NCBI RefSeq assembly: GCF_009914755.1
Contig: NC_060946.1
Direction: 5' to 3' (one strand)
From: the human T2T-CHM13v2.0 reference genome, Homo sapiens
Length of the DNA stretch: 64,000 nt
Part shown: one piece after another, positions 42,253 to 57,358 of the stretch
Layout of the letters: each line of letters opens with the position of its first letter
How positions within the stretch are numbered: position 1 is the stretch's first letter
The notes under the pieces: generated by a model
The model's input: the letters and a program-made list of their open reading frames with translations, nothing else
Databases searched by the model: none
Told to the model about the DNA's origin: nothing
Program-made: the position numbers and the translations under genes

Positions 42253-45200
42253 TGGAATGGAATGGAATGGAATGGAATGGAGTGGAGTGGAGTGGAGTGG
42301 AGTGCAATGGAATGGAATGGAATGGACTCGAATGAAATGGAATGGAAAGGAGTCAAATGGAATGGAATGGACTCAAATGGAATGTAATGGAATGGACTCA
42401 AGTGGAATGGAATGGACTTGAATGCAATAGAATGGAATGGAATGGACTCAAATGGAATGGAATGGAATGGACAGGAATGGAATGGAAAGGAATGAAATGG
42501 AATGGAAAGGAATGGACTTGAGTGGAATAGAATGGCAAGGAATGGAATGGACTCGAGTGATATGGAATAGAAAGCACTCGAATGGAATGGAATGGACTCT
42601 AGTGCAATGGAATGGAATAGAATGGAGTCGAATGGAATGGAGTGGAATGGATTCGAATGGAATGGAACGGAATTCAATGGATTCGAGACAAACGGAATGT
42701 AATGGTATGGAATGGACTCGAATGGAATGGAATGGACACGAATGCAATGGAATGGAATGGAAAGGAAGAAAATGGAATGGAATGGATTGGAATGGAATAC
42801 AATCGACTCGAATGCAACGGAATGGAATGCAATGGAATGGACTCGAATGGAATAGAGTGGAATTTATTGGATTGGAATCTAATGGTATGGACTCTAATGG
42901 AATGGAATGGAATGGACTCGAATGGAATAGAATGGAACGGAATGGACACGAATGGAATGGAATGGACACGAAAGGTATGGAATGGAAGGGGATGGAATGG
43001 AATGGAATGGAAGGGAATGGAATGGAGTGGAATGGAACAGAATGGACTTGAATGGAATAGAATGGAATGGAAAGGAGTGGACTCGAATGAAATGGAATGG
43101 AAAGGACTCAAATGCAATGCAATGGATTCGAATAGAATGCAATAGAATGGAATGGACTCGAATGGAATGGAATGGAATGGAATGGAATTGACTCAAGTGG
43201 AATGGAATGGAGCGGACTCGAATGAAATGGAATGCAGGGGAAGGAACTGGAATGGCATGCAATGGAATGGAATAGACTCGAATGGAATGGAACGGAATGG
43301 ACTCGAATGGAGTGGAAAGGAATGGACCCAAATGGAATGGAATGGAATTGATTGGAGAGGAATGGAATGGAATGGAGAGGAATGGAATGGAATAGAATGG
43401 AATGGAATGGAATGGAATGGAATGGAATGGAAAGGAATGGAGTGGAAGAGAACGGAATGGAATGGAATGGAATGGAATAGAATGGAAAGGAATGGATTTT
43501 AATTGAATGGAATGGAATGGACTCGAATGGAGTGGAATGGACTCGAATGGAATGGAATGGAATGGATTCGAGTGGAATACAGTGGAATTGTCTCGAATGG
43601 AATTCAATGGAATGAACTCCAATGGAATGGAATGGACTTGAATGGAATGGAAAGGAAACGACTCGAGTGGAATGGAATGGAATGGAATGGAATGGAATGG
43701 AATGGAATGGAAAGGAAACGACTCGAGTGGAATGGAATGGAATGGAATGCACTCGAATGGAATGGAATGGAATTGACTCGAATGGAATTGAAAGGAATGG
43801 ACTCGAATAGAATGGAATGGAATGGGCTCGAATGCAATGGAGTGAAATGGACTCGAATGGAATGGAAAGGAATTAAATGGACTGGAATTGAATGGAATGC
43901 CACGGACTCGAATGGAATGGAATGGAATGGAAAGGTCACGAATGGAATGGAATGGAAAGGAATGGAATGGAATGGAATGCAATGGAATGAAATGGAACGG
44001 ACTCAAATGGAATAGATTAGATTGAAATTTAGTGGAATGGACTCTATGGAATGGAATGGAATGGATTCGAATGTAATAGAATGGAATGGAATGGAATGGA
44101 ATGGAATGGAATGGAATGGAATGGAAAGGAATGTAATGTAATGGAATGGAATCGAATGGAATCGAATGGAATGGAATTTAAAGGACACGAATGGAATGGA
44201 ATGTACTCGAATGGAATGGAATGGAATGGAAACGACTCGAGTGGAATGAAATGGAATGGAATGGAATCGAATGTAATGGAATGAGATTGAATGGACTTGA
44301 ATGGAATGGAATGGCATGGTCTCAAATGGAATGGAATGGCATGGTCTCGAATGGAATGCAATTGAATGGACTCAAATGGAATGGAATGGAATTTACTCGA
44401 GTGGAATTGAATGGAATGGACCGGAATGGAATTAAGTGTAATGGAATGGACACGAATGAAATGGACTCGAATGGAATGGAATGGAATGGAATGGAATGGA
44501 ATGATTTTGAATCGAATGACATGGAATGGACTCGAATGGAATGGGTTGGGATTGGTTGGTCTCAAATGGAATGGAATGGAATGGACTCAAATGGAATGGA
44601 ATGGAATAGAATGGACTCGAATATAATGGAATGGATTTGGCTCGAATGGAATGGAAAGGATTTGAGTGGAATGGAATGGACACGAATGGAATAGAATGGA
44701 ATGGACTCGAATGGAATGGAATGGAATGGACTCAAATGGAATGGAAAGGAATGGACTCAAATGGAATAGAGTGGAATGGAATGGACTCGAATGCGATGAA
44801 GTGGAATGGACTCGAACGGAATGGAATGGACTCCAGTGGAATGGAATGGAATGGTATGGTCTCAAATGGAATGGAAAGGAAAGGAACGGATTCAAATGGA
44901 ATAGAATGGAATGGATTCGAATCTAATGGAGTGGAATGGAATGGACTCGAATGGAATGGAGTGTAATGGAATTAAAAGGAATGGAATGGAATTTAATGGA
45001 CTCGAATGGAAAGGAATGGAATTGAAGGGAATCAAAAGGAATGGATGGGAATGGAATGGAATGGACTCGAATGGAATGGAATGGACTCGAATGGAATGGA
45101 AGGGACTTGAACGGAGTGAAGCCGAATGGATTCGAATGGAATGGAATGGAATGGAATGGAATGGAATGGAATGAACTCGAATGGAAGGGAATGGACTTGA

Positions 45201-48200
45201 ATGGAATGGAATGGAATGGACTCAAATGGAATGGAAGGACTCAAATGGAGTGGAGCCGAATGGATTTGAATGGAATGGAATGGAATTGAATTGAATGGAA
45301 TGAACTCGAATGGAATGGAATGGAATGGAACGAAATGGACTCAAATGGAATGGCATGGAATGGACTCGATGGAATGGAATGGCATAAAATGGAATGGAAT
45401 GGACTTGAATGTAATGCAGTTCAATTGAATGTGCCCAAAAGGAATGGAATGGAATGAACGGACTCAAATGAAATGGAATGGACCCGAAAGGAATGGAATG
45501 GAATAGAATCAACTCGAGTGGAATGGAATGGAATGGACTCGAATGAAATGGAATGCAGTGGAATGGACTCAAATGAAATGGAATGCAGTGGAATGGACCG
45601 GAATGGCATGCAATGGGATGAAATAAACTCGAATGGAATGGAACGGACTCAAATAGAAGGGAATGGAATGGACACGAATGGAATGGAACGTAATGGAAGG
45701 GAATAGAATGGAACAGAATGGATTGGAATAGAATGGAATGGAATGGAGTGGATGCAAATGGAATGGAATGGAATGGATTCGAATGGAATAGAATGGAATT
45801 TACTGGATTGGAATCTAACGGAATTGACTCTAATGAAATGGAATGGAATGGACTCAAATGGAAGTGAACAGAATGGAATGGATTCGAATGGAATGGAATG
45901 GACTCGAATGGAATGGAATGGAACTGAATGGAATGGAGTTGAATGCAATAGAATGGAATGGAAAGGAATGGACTCGAATGAAATGGAAAGGTATGGAGTG
46001 GAATGGAATGGAATGGAGTGGAATGGAATGGAATGGAATGGAATGGAGTGGAATGGAATGGAATGGAATGGAATGGAGTGGAATGGAATGGAATGGAATG
46101 GAATGGAATGGAATGGAATGGAATAACTCAAAAGGAATGGAATGGAATGGACTCAAGTGGAATGGAATGGACTCGAAAGCAATAGAATGGAATGGAATGG
46201 ACTCGAATGGAATGGACAGGAATTGAATGGAATGGAATGGAATGGAATAGAATGGACTGTAATGGAATGGAATGGGAAAGAATGGAATGCAATGGACGAG
46301 AATGGAATAGAATGGAAAGGAATGGAATGGACTCGAATGATATGGAATAGAAAGGACTCGAATGGAATAGAATGGACTCTAGTGGAATGGAATGCAATAG
46401 AATGGACTCGAATGGAATGGAGTGGAATGGATTCGAACGGAATGGAATGGAATTCAATGGATTTCAGTCAAACGGAATGTAGTGGTATGGAATGGACTCG
46501 AATGGAATGGAATAGAATGGAATGGAATGGAATGGAATAAAATGGAATGGAATGGAATGGAATGGATTGGAATGGAATGGAATGGACTCAAACGCAATGG
46601 AATGTACTCAAATGGAATGGAATGGAATGCAATGGAATGGACTCGAATGGAATAGAGTGGAATTTACTGGATTGGAATCTAATGGTATGGACTCTAATGC
46701 AATGGAATGGAATGGACTCGAATGGAATAGAATAGAATGGAATGGAATGGAATGGAATAAAATGGAATGGAATAGAATGGAATGGATTGGAATGGAATGG
46801 AATGGACTCAAACGCAATGGAATGTACTCAAATGGAATGGAATGGAATGCAATGGAATGGACTCGAATGGAATAGAGTGGAATTTACTGGATTGGAATCT
46901 AATGGTATGGACTCTAATGCAATGGAATGGAATGGACTCGAATGGAATAGAATGGAATGGAATGAACTCGAATGGAATGGAATGGACATGAAAGGTATGG
47001 AATGGGATGGAATGGAATGGACTGGAATGGAACGGAATGGAATGGAGTGGAATGGAACAGAATGGAATTGAATGGAATAGAATGGAATGGAAAGGAAAGG
47101 ACTAAAATTAAATGGAATGTAAAGGACTGAAATGCAATGGAATGGAATGGAATGGAAACGACTCGAGTGGAATGGAATGGAATGGAATGGAATGGAATGG
47201 AATGCACTCGAATGGAATGGAATGGGATTGACTTGAATGGAATAGAAAGGAATGGAGTCGAATAGAATGGAATGCAATGGAATGGACTCGAATGCAATGG
47301 AGTGGAATGGACTCGAATGTAATGGAAAGGAATTAAATGGACTGGAATCGACTGGAATGCAATGGACTCGAATGGAGTGGAATGAAAAGGACACGAATGG
47401 AATGGAATGGAATGGAATGGAATGGAATGGAATGCAATGGGATGATATGGTATGAATTGGGATGGACTTGAATGGAATAGAAAGGGATGGAATGGAATGA
47501 ATTTAAAAAGAATGGAATGGAATGGACTCCAATGGAATGGAAAGGCCACGAATTGAATGGAATGTAAAGGAACAGACTCGAATGGAATAGATTGGAATTT
47601 AGTGGAATGCACTCTGATGGAATAGAATGGAATGGAATCGAATGGAAAGGAATTTAAAGGACTCGAATGGAATGGAATGTATTCGAAAGGAATGGAATGG
47701 AATCGAAAAGACTTGAGTGGAATGAAATGGAATGGAATGGAATAGAATGTAATGGAATGGGAGTGAATGGACTCGAATGGAATGGCATGGACTCGAATGG
47801 AATGGAATGGAATGCAATTTAATGGACTCAAATGGAATGGAATGGAATTGACTCGAATGGAATTGAATAGAATGGACCGGAATGGAATTAAGTGTAATGG
47901 AATGGACACGAGTGATATGGAATGAAATGGACTCGAATGGACTCGAATGGAATGGAATGGAATGGAATGGAATGGAATGATTTCGAATTGAATGACATGG
48001 AATGGACTCGAATGGAATGGGTTCGGATTGGATGGTCTCAAATGGAATGGAATGGAATGGAATGGACTTAAATGGAATGGAATGGAATATAATGGACTCG
48101 AATGGAATGAAATGGACTCCAGTGGAATGGAATGGAATGTTATGGTCTCAAATGGAATGGAACAGATTCAAACGGAATAGAAAGGAATGGACTAGAATCT

Positions 48201-51200
48201 AATGGAGTGCAATTGAATGGACTCGAATTGAATGGAGTGTAATGGAATCGAGTGGAATGGAATGTAATTTAAAGGACTCGAATGGAATGGAATGGAATGG
48301 AATGGACCCAAAAGGTATGGATTGGAATGGAATGGAATGGACTCGAATGGAATGGAATGGAATGGACTCGAATGGAACGGAAGGGACTCCAATGGAATGG
48401 AATTGAAAGGAATCCACTCGAGTGAAACGGAATGGAATGGAATGGAATGCACACGAATGGAATGGAATGGAATTGACTCGAATGGAATAGAAAGGAATGG
48501 ACTCGAATGGAATGAAATAGAATGCAATGGACTCGAATGGAATGGAGTGGAATGGACCCGAATGGAAAAGAATGGAATGGAGTCGAATGGAATGAAGTGG
48601 AATGGAATGGACAAGAATGGAATGGAATGGAATGGAATGGAATGGAATGGAATGGAGAGGAATGGAATGGAATGGAACGGAACGGAACAGAACAGAATGG
48701 AACGGAATGTAATGGAATGAAATGGCCTCGAATGGAACGGAATGCAATGGAATGAACACGAATGAAATAGAATGGAACAGAAAAGAATGGAATGGACTCC
48801 AATGGAAAGCAATTGAATTGAATAGACTCGAAAGGAATGGAATGGAATGGAATGGAGTAGAGTGATATGGACTGGAATGGAATAGAATGGAATGGAATGG
48901 AATGGAATGGAATGGCATCGAATGGAATTGAATGGAAAGCAATGGAATGGACTCAAATGAAATAGAATGGAATTGACTCGATTGGAATAGAATGGAATGG
49001 AATGGACGCTAATGGAATGGAATGGAATGGACATGAAACGTATGGAATGGAATGGGATGGAATGGAATGGACTGGAATAGAAGAGAATGGAATAGAGTGG
49101 AATGGAACGGAATGGACTTGAATGGAATAGAATGGAATGGAATAGAATGGACTCGAATGAAATGGAATGGAAAGGACTCAAATGCAATGGAATGGATTCG
49201 AATGGAATGGAATGGAATGGACTCGAATGGAATGCAACGGAATGGACTCAAGTGGAAAGGAATAGAATGGACTCGAATGGAATAGAATGGAATGGAATGG
49301 AATGGAATCGAATGGAATGGAATTGAATGGACACGAATGGAATGGAAGGAAGTGGAATGGAATGGAGTGGAATGGAATGGAATGGAATGGAGTTGAATGG
49401 AAAGGAATGGACTTGGATTGAATAGAAAGGAGTGGAATGGAATGGACTCGAATGAAATGGAATGGAAAGGACTTGAATGAAATGGAATGGACTCGAATGG
49501 AATGTAATGGATTGGAATGGAGTCGAATGGAATGGAATGGACTAAAGAGGAATGAAATGGAATACACTCGAATGGAATATAATGGAAAGGAATGGGCTCG
49601 AATGGAATGGAATGGACACAAATGGAATGGAATGGAGTGGAATGGAATGGACTGGAATGGAATGGAACGGAATGGAATGGAATGGAATGGAATGGAATAG
49701 AATGGAATAGAATGGAATGGAATGGATTGCACTCGAATGAAATGGAATGGAATGGATTCGAATGGAATGGAATGGACACGAGTGGAATGGAATGGATTCG
49801 AATGGAATGGAATGGAAAGTAATCGAATGGAATTTAATGGAATGGAATGGAATGGAATGGACTCGAATGGAATGGAGTGGAATGGATTTGAATGGAATGG
49901 AATCAAATGGACTCGAGTAGAACGGAATGTAATGGTAAGGAATAGACTCGAATGGAATCGAATGGAATGGAGTGAAAGGGACTCGAATGAAATGGAATGG
50001 AAAGGACTCGAATGCAATGGAATGGACTCGAATGGAATGGAACGGAATGGACTCAAGTGGAATGGAATTGAATAGACTGGAATGGAATAGAAAGGAATGG
50101 AATGGGATGTACTCTAAAGGAATGGAATTGAATGGACACGAATGGAATGGAATGGACTGGAATGGAATGGAGTGGAGTGGAATGGAAAGGAATGGACTTG
50201 AATGGAATAGAGTGGAGTGGAATGGAATGGACTCGAATGAAATGGAATGGAAAGGACTTGAATACCATGGAATGGACTCGAATGGAATATAATGGATTGG
50301 AATGGTATCAAATGGAATGGAATGGAATAGACTCGAATGGAATATAATGGAAAGGGAAGGGCTCGAATGGAAGGGAATGGAATGGACACGAATGGAATGG
50401 AATGGAGTGAAATGGAATGGATTGGAATGGAATGGAATGGAATGGAATGGAATGCACTTGAATAGAATGGAATGGAATGGAATAAAGGGAACGGAATGGA
50501 TTAGATTCGAATGGAATATAATGGAAAGGAATGGGCTCAAATGGAATGGAATGGAATGGACAGGAATGGAATGTAATGGAGTGGAATGGAATGGAATGGA
50601 ATGCACTTGAATGGAATAGAATGGAATGGAATGGACTCAAATGGAATGGAATGGACATGAGTGAAATGGAATGGAATGGACTCGAATGGAATGGAATGGA
50701 ATGGAATGGACTCGAATTGGATGGAATGGTATGTAATGGACTCGAATGGAATGGATTGTAAAGGACGCAAATGGAATAGAATGGAATGGCATGGAATAGA
50801 ATGGACTGGAATGGAATGGAATGGAATGGACTCAAGTGGAATGGAATGGAATGGACACGAATGGAATTGCATGAAATGGAATGGACTCTAATGGAATGGA
50901 CACGAATGGAATGGAATGGAATTGAAAGGAATGGACTGTAATGGAATGGAAAGGAATGGAGGAAAGGAATCGAAAAAAGGAATGGAGTGGAATGGAATGG
51001 ACTCGAATGGAATGGAAAGGACTCGAGTGGAATGGAATGGAATGGATTTGACTCGAATGGAATAGAGTGGAATGGATTCGAATGGAATGGAATGGAATGG
51101 AATGGAATGGACTCAAGTCGAACGGAATGTAATGGTAAGGAATGGACTCGAATTGAATGGAACGGAATGAAAGGGACTCGAATGAAATGGAATGGAATGG

Positions 51201-51789
51201 AATGGACTCGAATTTAATGCAATGGAATGTAATGGAATGGAATGGACTCAAATGTTATGGAATGGAACTGAATGGACTCGAAAGGAATGGAATGGAATGG
51301 ACTCGAAAGGAAGGGAATGGAATGGAATGGAATTGAATGGAATGGAATCGAACGGAAGGGAATGGAATGGACTCCAATGGAATGGCATGGTCTCGAAGGT
51401 AACTGAAAGGAACGAAAACGACTCGAGTGGAATGGAATGGAATGGAATGGAATGGAATGGAATGGCATGGAATGGAATGGAATTGAATGGACTCTAATGG
51501 AATTGAATAGAATGGAATGGACTCGAATGGAATGGAATGGAATTGACACGAATGGAATTGAAGGGAATGGACCCGAATGGAATGGAATGGACTTCAATTG
51601 AATGCAGTGGAATTCATTGGGTTCAAATGGAATGGAATGGAATGGAAAAGAATGGAATGGAATAGAATTTAATGGGATTGAATGGAATGGACTTGAATCG
51701 AATGGAATGGAATGGACTCAAATGGAATAACATTGATTGGAATGGAATGGACTCGTATGGAATGGAATGGCATTGAATGGATTCAAATG
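42253..51789 (+). repeat. Human Satellite 3 (GGAAT)n array, 9.5 kb, G-rich strand on +
   Basis: Continuous degenerate GGAAT pentamers with recurrent GGACTCGAAT variants. It lacks the AATCATCGAAT-type motif of HSat2. All MEWNG/HSIPF ORFs are translations of it. Confidence 0.98.
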
Positions 51790-53803
51790 TTTAAGGAAAA
51801 AAATAATCTTAGCAGTCCATGTTGAGTGAACATTTCAATCCATGTAAAGGCGAAGGTCAGCTGCCACCATGCCATGCAAACCTTATAGTACGTGACATGG
51901 TAAATCAGTAACCTCAAAAGGGACTTCTGAGAAGCTATGAGTAAAAGGCACACACAAAATGCCTCTGAGATAGATTCACAAATGAAATGGAAAACGATAT
52001 CTATGTATATCCAAGAATAATAGTAATTATTAGAAAACAAGAAAACTTCTAAATTGAAAGAATCCCTGAAGTAAAAGTAGACCAAAGAAAAAGAAATAAA
52101 GATGAGAAGTGAGATGAGGCAGAAATGGTGAGTGACAAGGAGACATACTGAGAAAAAAAGTAGCTAAAGACAGTGTGTTATTATTTCAGCAAAATTAAGT
52201 ATATCAATACTGAGAAATATGACTTGAAATAGATTCAGTACCTCAGGCAGAAACATAAACAAATAACATCTGGCTTTTTCTTTTGATAACCAGTATTTTA
52301 AATACAAAAATCTAAAAATATTGTCTTTGTGTAAGAGTTACACATTTATCATTCCAGTCCTCAGGGTGCATTGTTTCCAAGTAAACAGTAATCATTTCAA
52401 TAACAAAAGTGCGCTATAAATACTGTATGGAAATAAATGTCCTAACAGATGCTAACCAGACCTCAGTCTTCACTGGTAAGGACTAGATTTGAAGGTGTTT
52501 GCAGATAATTAAAACTTGTTTTCATAACATAACTTAGCAGCTAAGTAGTATAATGAAAATGGGATATTCAAATTATAAGATATAAAATATTAAAGATAGA
52601 AGAACATGTTTATTTTTTCAATATAAATGTTGTTACAGCTCAGAGAAACAGTATGAAATCTCAGGGCTCATGAAAGGCCACATTCTAGAGATAGTGATTG
52701 ACAGGTATGGCAATTCCCCTACAGCGTGGTGCCTGTTGTCATGGAGTAGCATGTCTCTTACAGGGTACTACCAGAAGGCTCAAGTAGGAAGAGCCAATAG
52801 TCCATGTGAGAAACCATGGAAGGCTAAAGATAGAAGGAAATATTTGGGCCACTATGAAGAGCAAGTTCACCAGGTGAATTGGCATGTGGCTAGGGTACAA
52901 CTTCCCATACATACATAAATAATGAAGCAGTAAAAAAATTAAGTTATCAGAGAAGTATTTTATTATTATTAGAGTCATGATTAGCATTCTCCTCACCAGG
53001 AGAGTTTTATGTTTTTTTCTAGCTCTACTCTATACTTTTTAAACACTGTCTCCAATTTTGAAAATAAAAGTTTCTTATTTTTAATTCAACTCTCAATTAA
53101 AATAAAACAAAAACCAAAAATGTAGAAGTTCTTTATTTTGACCATCTATATATCATACACAACAAAAAGACTGATAAAATTCCACCAAACACAACAGCTA
53201 GATCCTTATTCCCGTTAATGCTTAAGCCCATTCCAATAAGGATTTTGTACCAAATCTGCCCTTGCCAAGGCTACCCAGGGCCTTCATTTTATTATTTGCA
53301 ATGGACAATTTGAACTTCACATCCGTGTTGGCTTCCTTACATCCTAGATGCACATACGGCCAGACCAGATTTTTCCCATCAGATGTGATTTGATCTTCCA
53401 ACTTTGGAATGCCTTGATGACTTCCTCTTTATCTAAAGATCACTTTAAAAAGCCTGAAGTATTTGGCTCTTCCCTAAATCTTTGGCCAGATGCAATGTCA
53501 TCCTCCCATTGGCTTTCTTTGTCCAAACTACATTAGCCTTATCTCAGATCTTCAAACAAGTTATATTTCCTGCCTAAGATGTTTGTATGAGTGAGTGAAA
53601 GTCTGATGAAGATAGTTCCTTTTTGCCCCCAAAGGTTTTATTGATCATGCTGATAATGAATTTATTGTTATTTTAATCTCTTACTGTTATACTCAGGCTT
53701 AAATTCTCTACCCTATACACTTCAGTTGACATAATTTTAATTTCCACTCTGATGCTTCTCTCTTTTCTATCAACACTCTCTCCCCACAGGGTTTCATCTA
53801 GAT

Positions 53804-54022
53804 CAGGAGTCAGCAACATTTTTGACAAAGAGCCAGACAGTAAATAGTGCAGGCTTTGTGTTGCCAAGAGGCAAATTTATGGAACTTTCCCTGCTGAAAA
53901 ATTTCCCTATATTTTACATTTTAGACTTATAAATGATACACGTACTTATAACTCATGAGCCACACAAAAACAGGCAGCAGACCAGATCTGGCTCATGGGC
54001 TATAATAGTTTGTCAACCCCTC
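53804..54022. mobile_element. MER58-type hAT-Charlie MITE with 8-bp TSD
   Basis: TIRs CAGGAGTCAGCAA / TTTGTCAACCCCTC; TSD ATCTAGAT (53796-53803) and ACCTAGAT (54023-54030). Confidence 0.85.
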
Positions 54023-57000
54023 ACCTAGATTCATGACTTTAGGCATGATCTATAGGGTACGATTATCTAACTCACATCTCTAGCAAAGTCAACTTGTCAG
54101 TGCCTACTTGATGTCTCCACTTGGATTCTAACTAGCGTCTTAATTTAAGATTAAAAAAATGTAAAATCAATCACACATATGCACCTACCCACACCTCTGT
54201 CACTTGCAGACTGCCTCATGTCATCAAGATGTTGCCATATCACTAAAAGTGACCATAATCCCCCATGTCCCTAAATCCAAATACCTTGATATAATTCTTG
54301 CTCAGTAAATTCAATCATCTTCAAATCAACTTCCAATCTCAACTGATTTTCTCCAACTTTATTGCTACAATCATAATCCCAACCACCATCATCCTTCAAC
54401 TGCACAGGTGCTAAATGAACCCCTTCCTTCACTATTGTACCCTTCCACAATAGTACACCCTCCTAAGAGCTAACCTCATCATATCACATATCCATCATAC
54501 ACTTTTCAATGTAGTTAATTTATATTCACACTTTGATATAAGATCTAAATTTGGTCCCTGAGGGCACTCATGTAATATCTCTCCATGCTCTTCCTTCATG
54601 GACATTCCAGCCAAACTGGCCTTATTTTCTTTGTAAGAAACTATCAAGCTGTCTTTTTAAATTACAGAATTTTATATCTGCCCTTCTTTCCACTCAGAGC
54701 ACCCCAGATCTTCAAAGTACCTTCCTATTTGTCTCCATTCAACTCTCAAATGAAATATTACCTCCTCAGAGAGAAAAATTCTCTGAAATACCTATAGCCT
54801 GATCAGTGCCTTCCTACTTGCCAGTTTTACTCAGCCATGTTATCACATGTAATCGTCTTCATAGTAGTGTACCTTATAGCCCTTCACACCATTGCTTTGT
54901 TTAGGTATTTGTATGTCTTCATCCTCTTTCCCTCCTCACTACAGCATAGCCAATTGTGTCTTTGCCTTCTTCACTGCTATATCCCCTAGTGCCTGGTAGG
55001 CTTTCTATAAATAGCCATTTATTGACTTATTGACTACATGTATATGCTAATCCTTTTTACTAATTTGTGTTATACTATATATTTCTCTTCTCCCTCTCTT
55101 TGCTTCCCTCTCTTCTCATGTCCCTTGATGTTTCCTACTCAATATTAACATGTGCATCATTTTGTGTCTTCAGCATTTCTCTTTTCATTATATTATGATA
55201 GGTTAATTTTCCTAAGAAGACACTATTTTGACAAAAGCAAAGCATTAAAGTAAAGCAGCATAGGATCAATTTTTTCCTGGTGGAAGGAAACACCATCTTT
55301 CCAAGAAGACAATTCCGCCATGAAACAAAACAAACCAAAACATTTCTGGTAAGTCCTAGTTCCCAAGACTTGAAGCCAGTATGTTTTTCCACTTTCAAGT
55401 ATCCTTGACTGTAGAGACAAAAGGTATCCACTTAGAGATATTAACTCATTAGCACTGCCTAAATTTGGGTTCCAGAAACACAACTTAATATGAAATCAAT
55501 GGATGTGATAATCATTTGAAAGTAGCTTTATCAAAATCGTCCGACAGAACAAGTTACTTTTCTAATTAGCATCTTCAGTTAAATACCTAAATCTGATGAA
55601 TAATAAGTTATGCATTATGCTAAATTGCATTGGCTCACTATTCTAGAATGCTTTCAAATTAATTAAAAATGAGATATTCAGTAATGAGAAATATAAAAAG
55701 ATAACCTATTTCAATCAGTTTAAGTTAGAATTTAACATTTCTTCAATACACTATTTTGTAGTCAATTGCAAGAGTAATAAAGCAAAATTATTGAGTCTTT
55801 AATAGTGACCATTCAAAATTCATAATGAATTATTAGAAAGAAAACTAAGGTCCCTACCAACTTTCCACCTCACTTCAAACCATAGCCAAGGTCCTTACAA
55901 CAGCAAGTAAGACTCCACACAATTCCCACTTCTTCACCTCTATTCTGTTACTTCTGGAATCTTCTACTACTCCAAATTGTGTGTTTTGCTCCAGACTCAG
56001 CAGTTCTCACTATCTTGTTCTTCCAATTGCCATCTTCTCTGTGTGGCCTTTCTTGACTCTCCAGTTAAAAATTACCCTATCAAAATTATCTGATCCCCAT
56101 CCAGGATTACGTTTCACCATCTAACTTACGATACTTCACATATTTATGTGGCTCATTGTCTGTTATCTGTCTCCCTAAGTTAGAATGCGAGCTTCATGAT
56201 GGCAGACTTTTGGTCAATTTCCTTCACTCAATAATTCCTGACCCAAAGTAAACACTTCATAAGTATTTTTTGAATATACAAATATATAATACAAATTATC
56301 AAGGAGCTTATAAATAAGTAAAGACACAAACCAGCATTATAGTGCAGTTTGAGAAATATCAATATTGTGGTATAGGAGGAGGTATGTAAACTATTAGAAG
56401 CAACAGTTAAATAAGAAGCAATTCAGAAAGACACACAGTGTGGGTGATATCTGAGTTAAAGGACAGAAAGTAAGAAGATAACCAGATGGAGAAAAGAGAG
56501 GAAGATCTTACAAACAAGCATCAGAAGTTACCATAAGAAAAGCAAGTACAAAATAATCGTAAGAAAAACAATTGCATCCCAATTATTATGACAAACATAA
56601 TTAACTATGAAAACCCAAAACAGTTCATGCTTTGATAATGCTAAAGTTGATAAGTAGATTAAGATGTGATAGAACAATCTGTAAATCTTAGTGCTTCCTA
56701 ACTTTTGAGAAAACATTTTTAGGCAAGATATGCTGATTTAAGGAAGAAAAGTTGCTAATGGATGAGGCATGTCCCTTAAAGACAAACACTGTGAACACTG
56801 TTTACAGCCTTTATAATGCAAAGGTGCCAGGTTTTTTTTTTAAGTCCTTGGAATCTCAGTTGGCAACTTTGAAATTCATGTGTAATTCATGAGTTTTTTA
56901 AAAGAAATGTAATAAGTAACACAAGTGATTCTAGAGCTTGTCTTTAGGCTGAGGTAGATATTGGCATTATAAGTTGAAGTGTTAGAAAGGAACAATAAGA

Positions 57001-57358
57001 ATTAAGAATAAGCAGTAATTTCTGCCAAGATCTGTGGCACCCAGTCTCACACATAAGGCTTTTTGGAATTTCTTGATTTCCAAGGTTCAGGCTCTCATGC
57101 TTTAGTTTGTACATAAAGGACTTAAGTTATTCTTAAAGCACAGTTTTAGCACTTCATACCAGGAGATGGTTATGAGACTGATCATAGGATAAAGTGAAAT
57201 AGGATGTGTGCCTGCTTGTAGAAGGAACCTCTTTCCTTCTGCCATTCTATTCCTACTTTTCTGGCAGGAAAGTCCTAGAAAACATTTCATATACAGATTA
57301 ATTTTAAACAATTTACATTATATTTTACTATTATTCACTTCTAGAATATCTTAGCTTA

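Noticed and set aside
42215-51597. Dozens of long ORFs (MEWNG.../HSIPF..., up to 375 aa)
   Set aside because: These are automatic translations of the stop-poor GGAAT/ATTCC pentamer, not genes.
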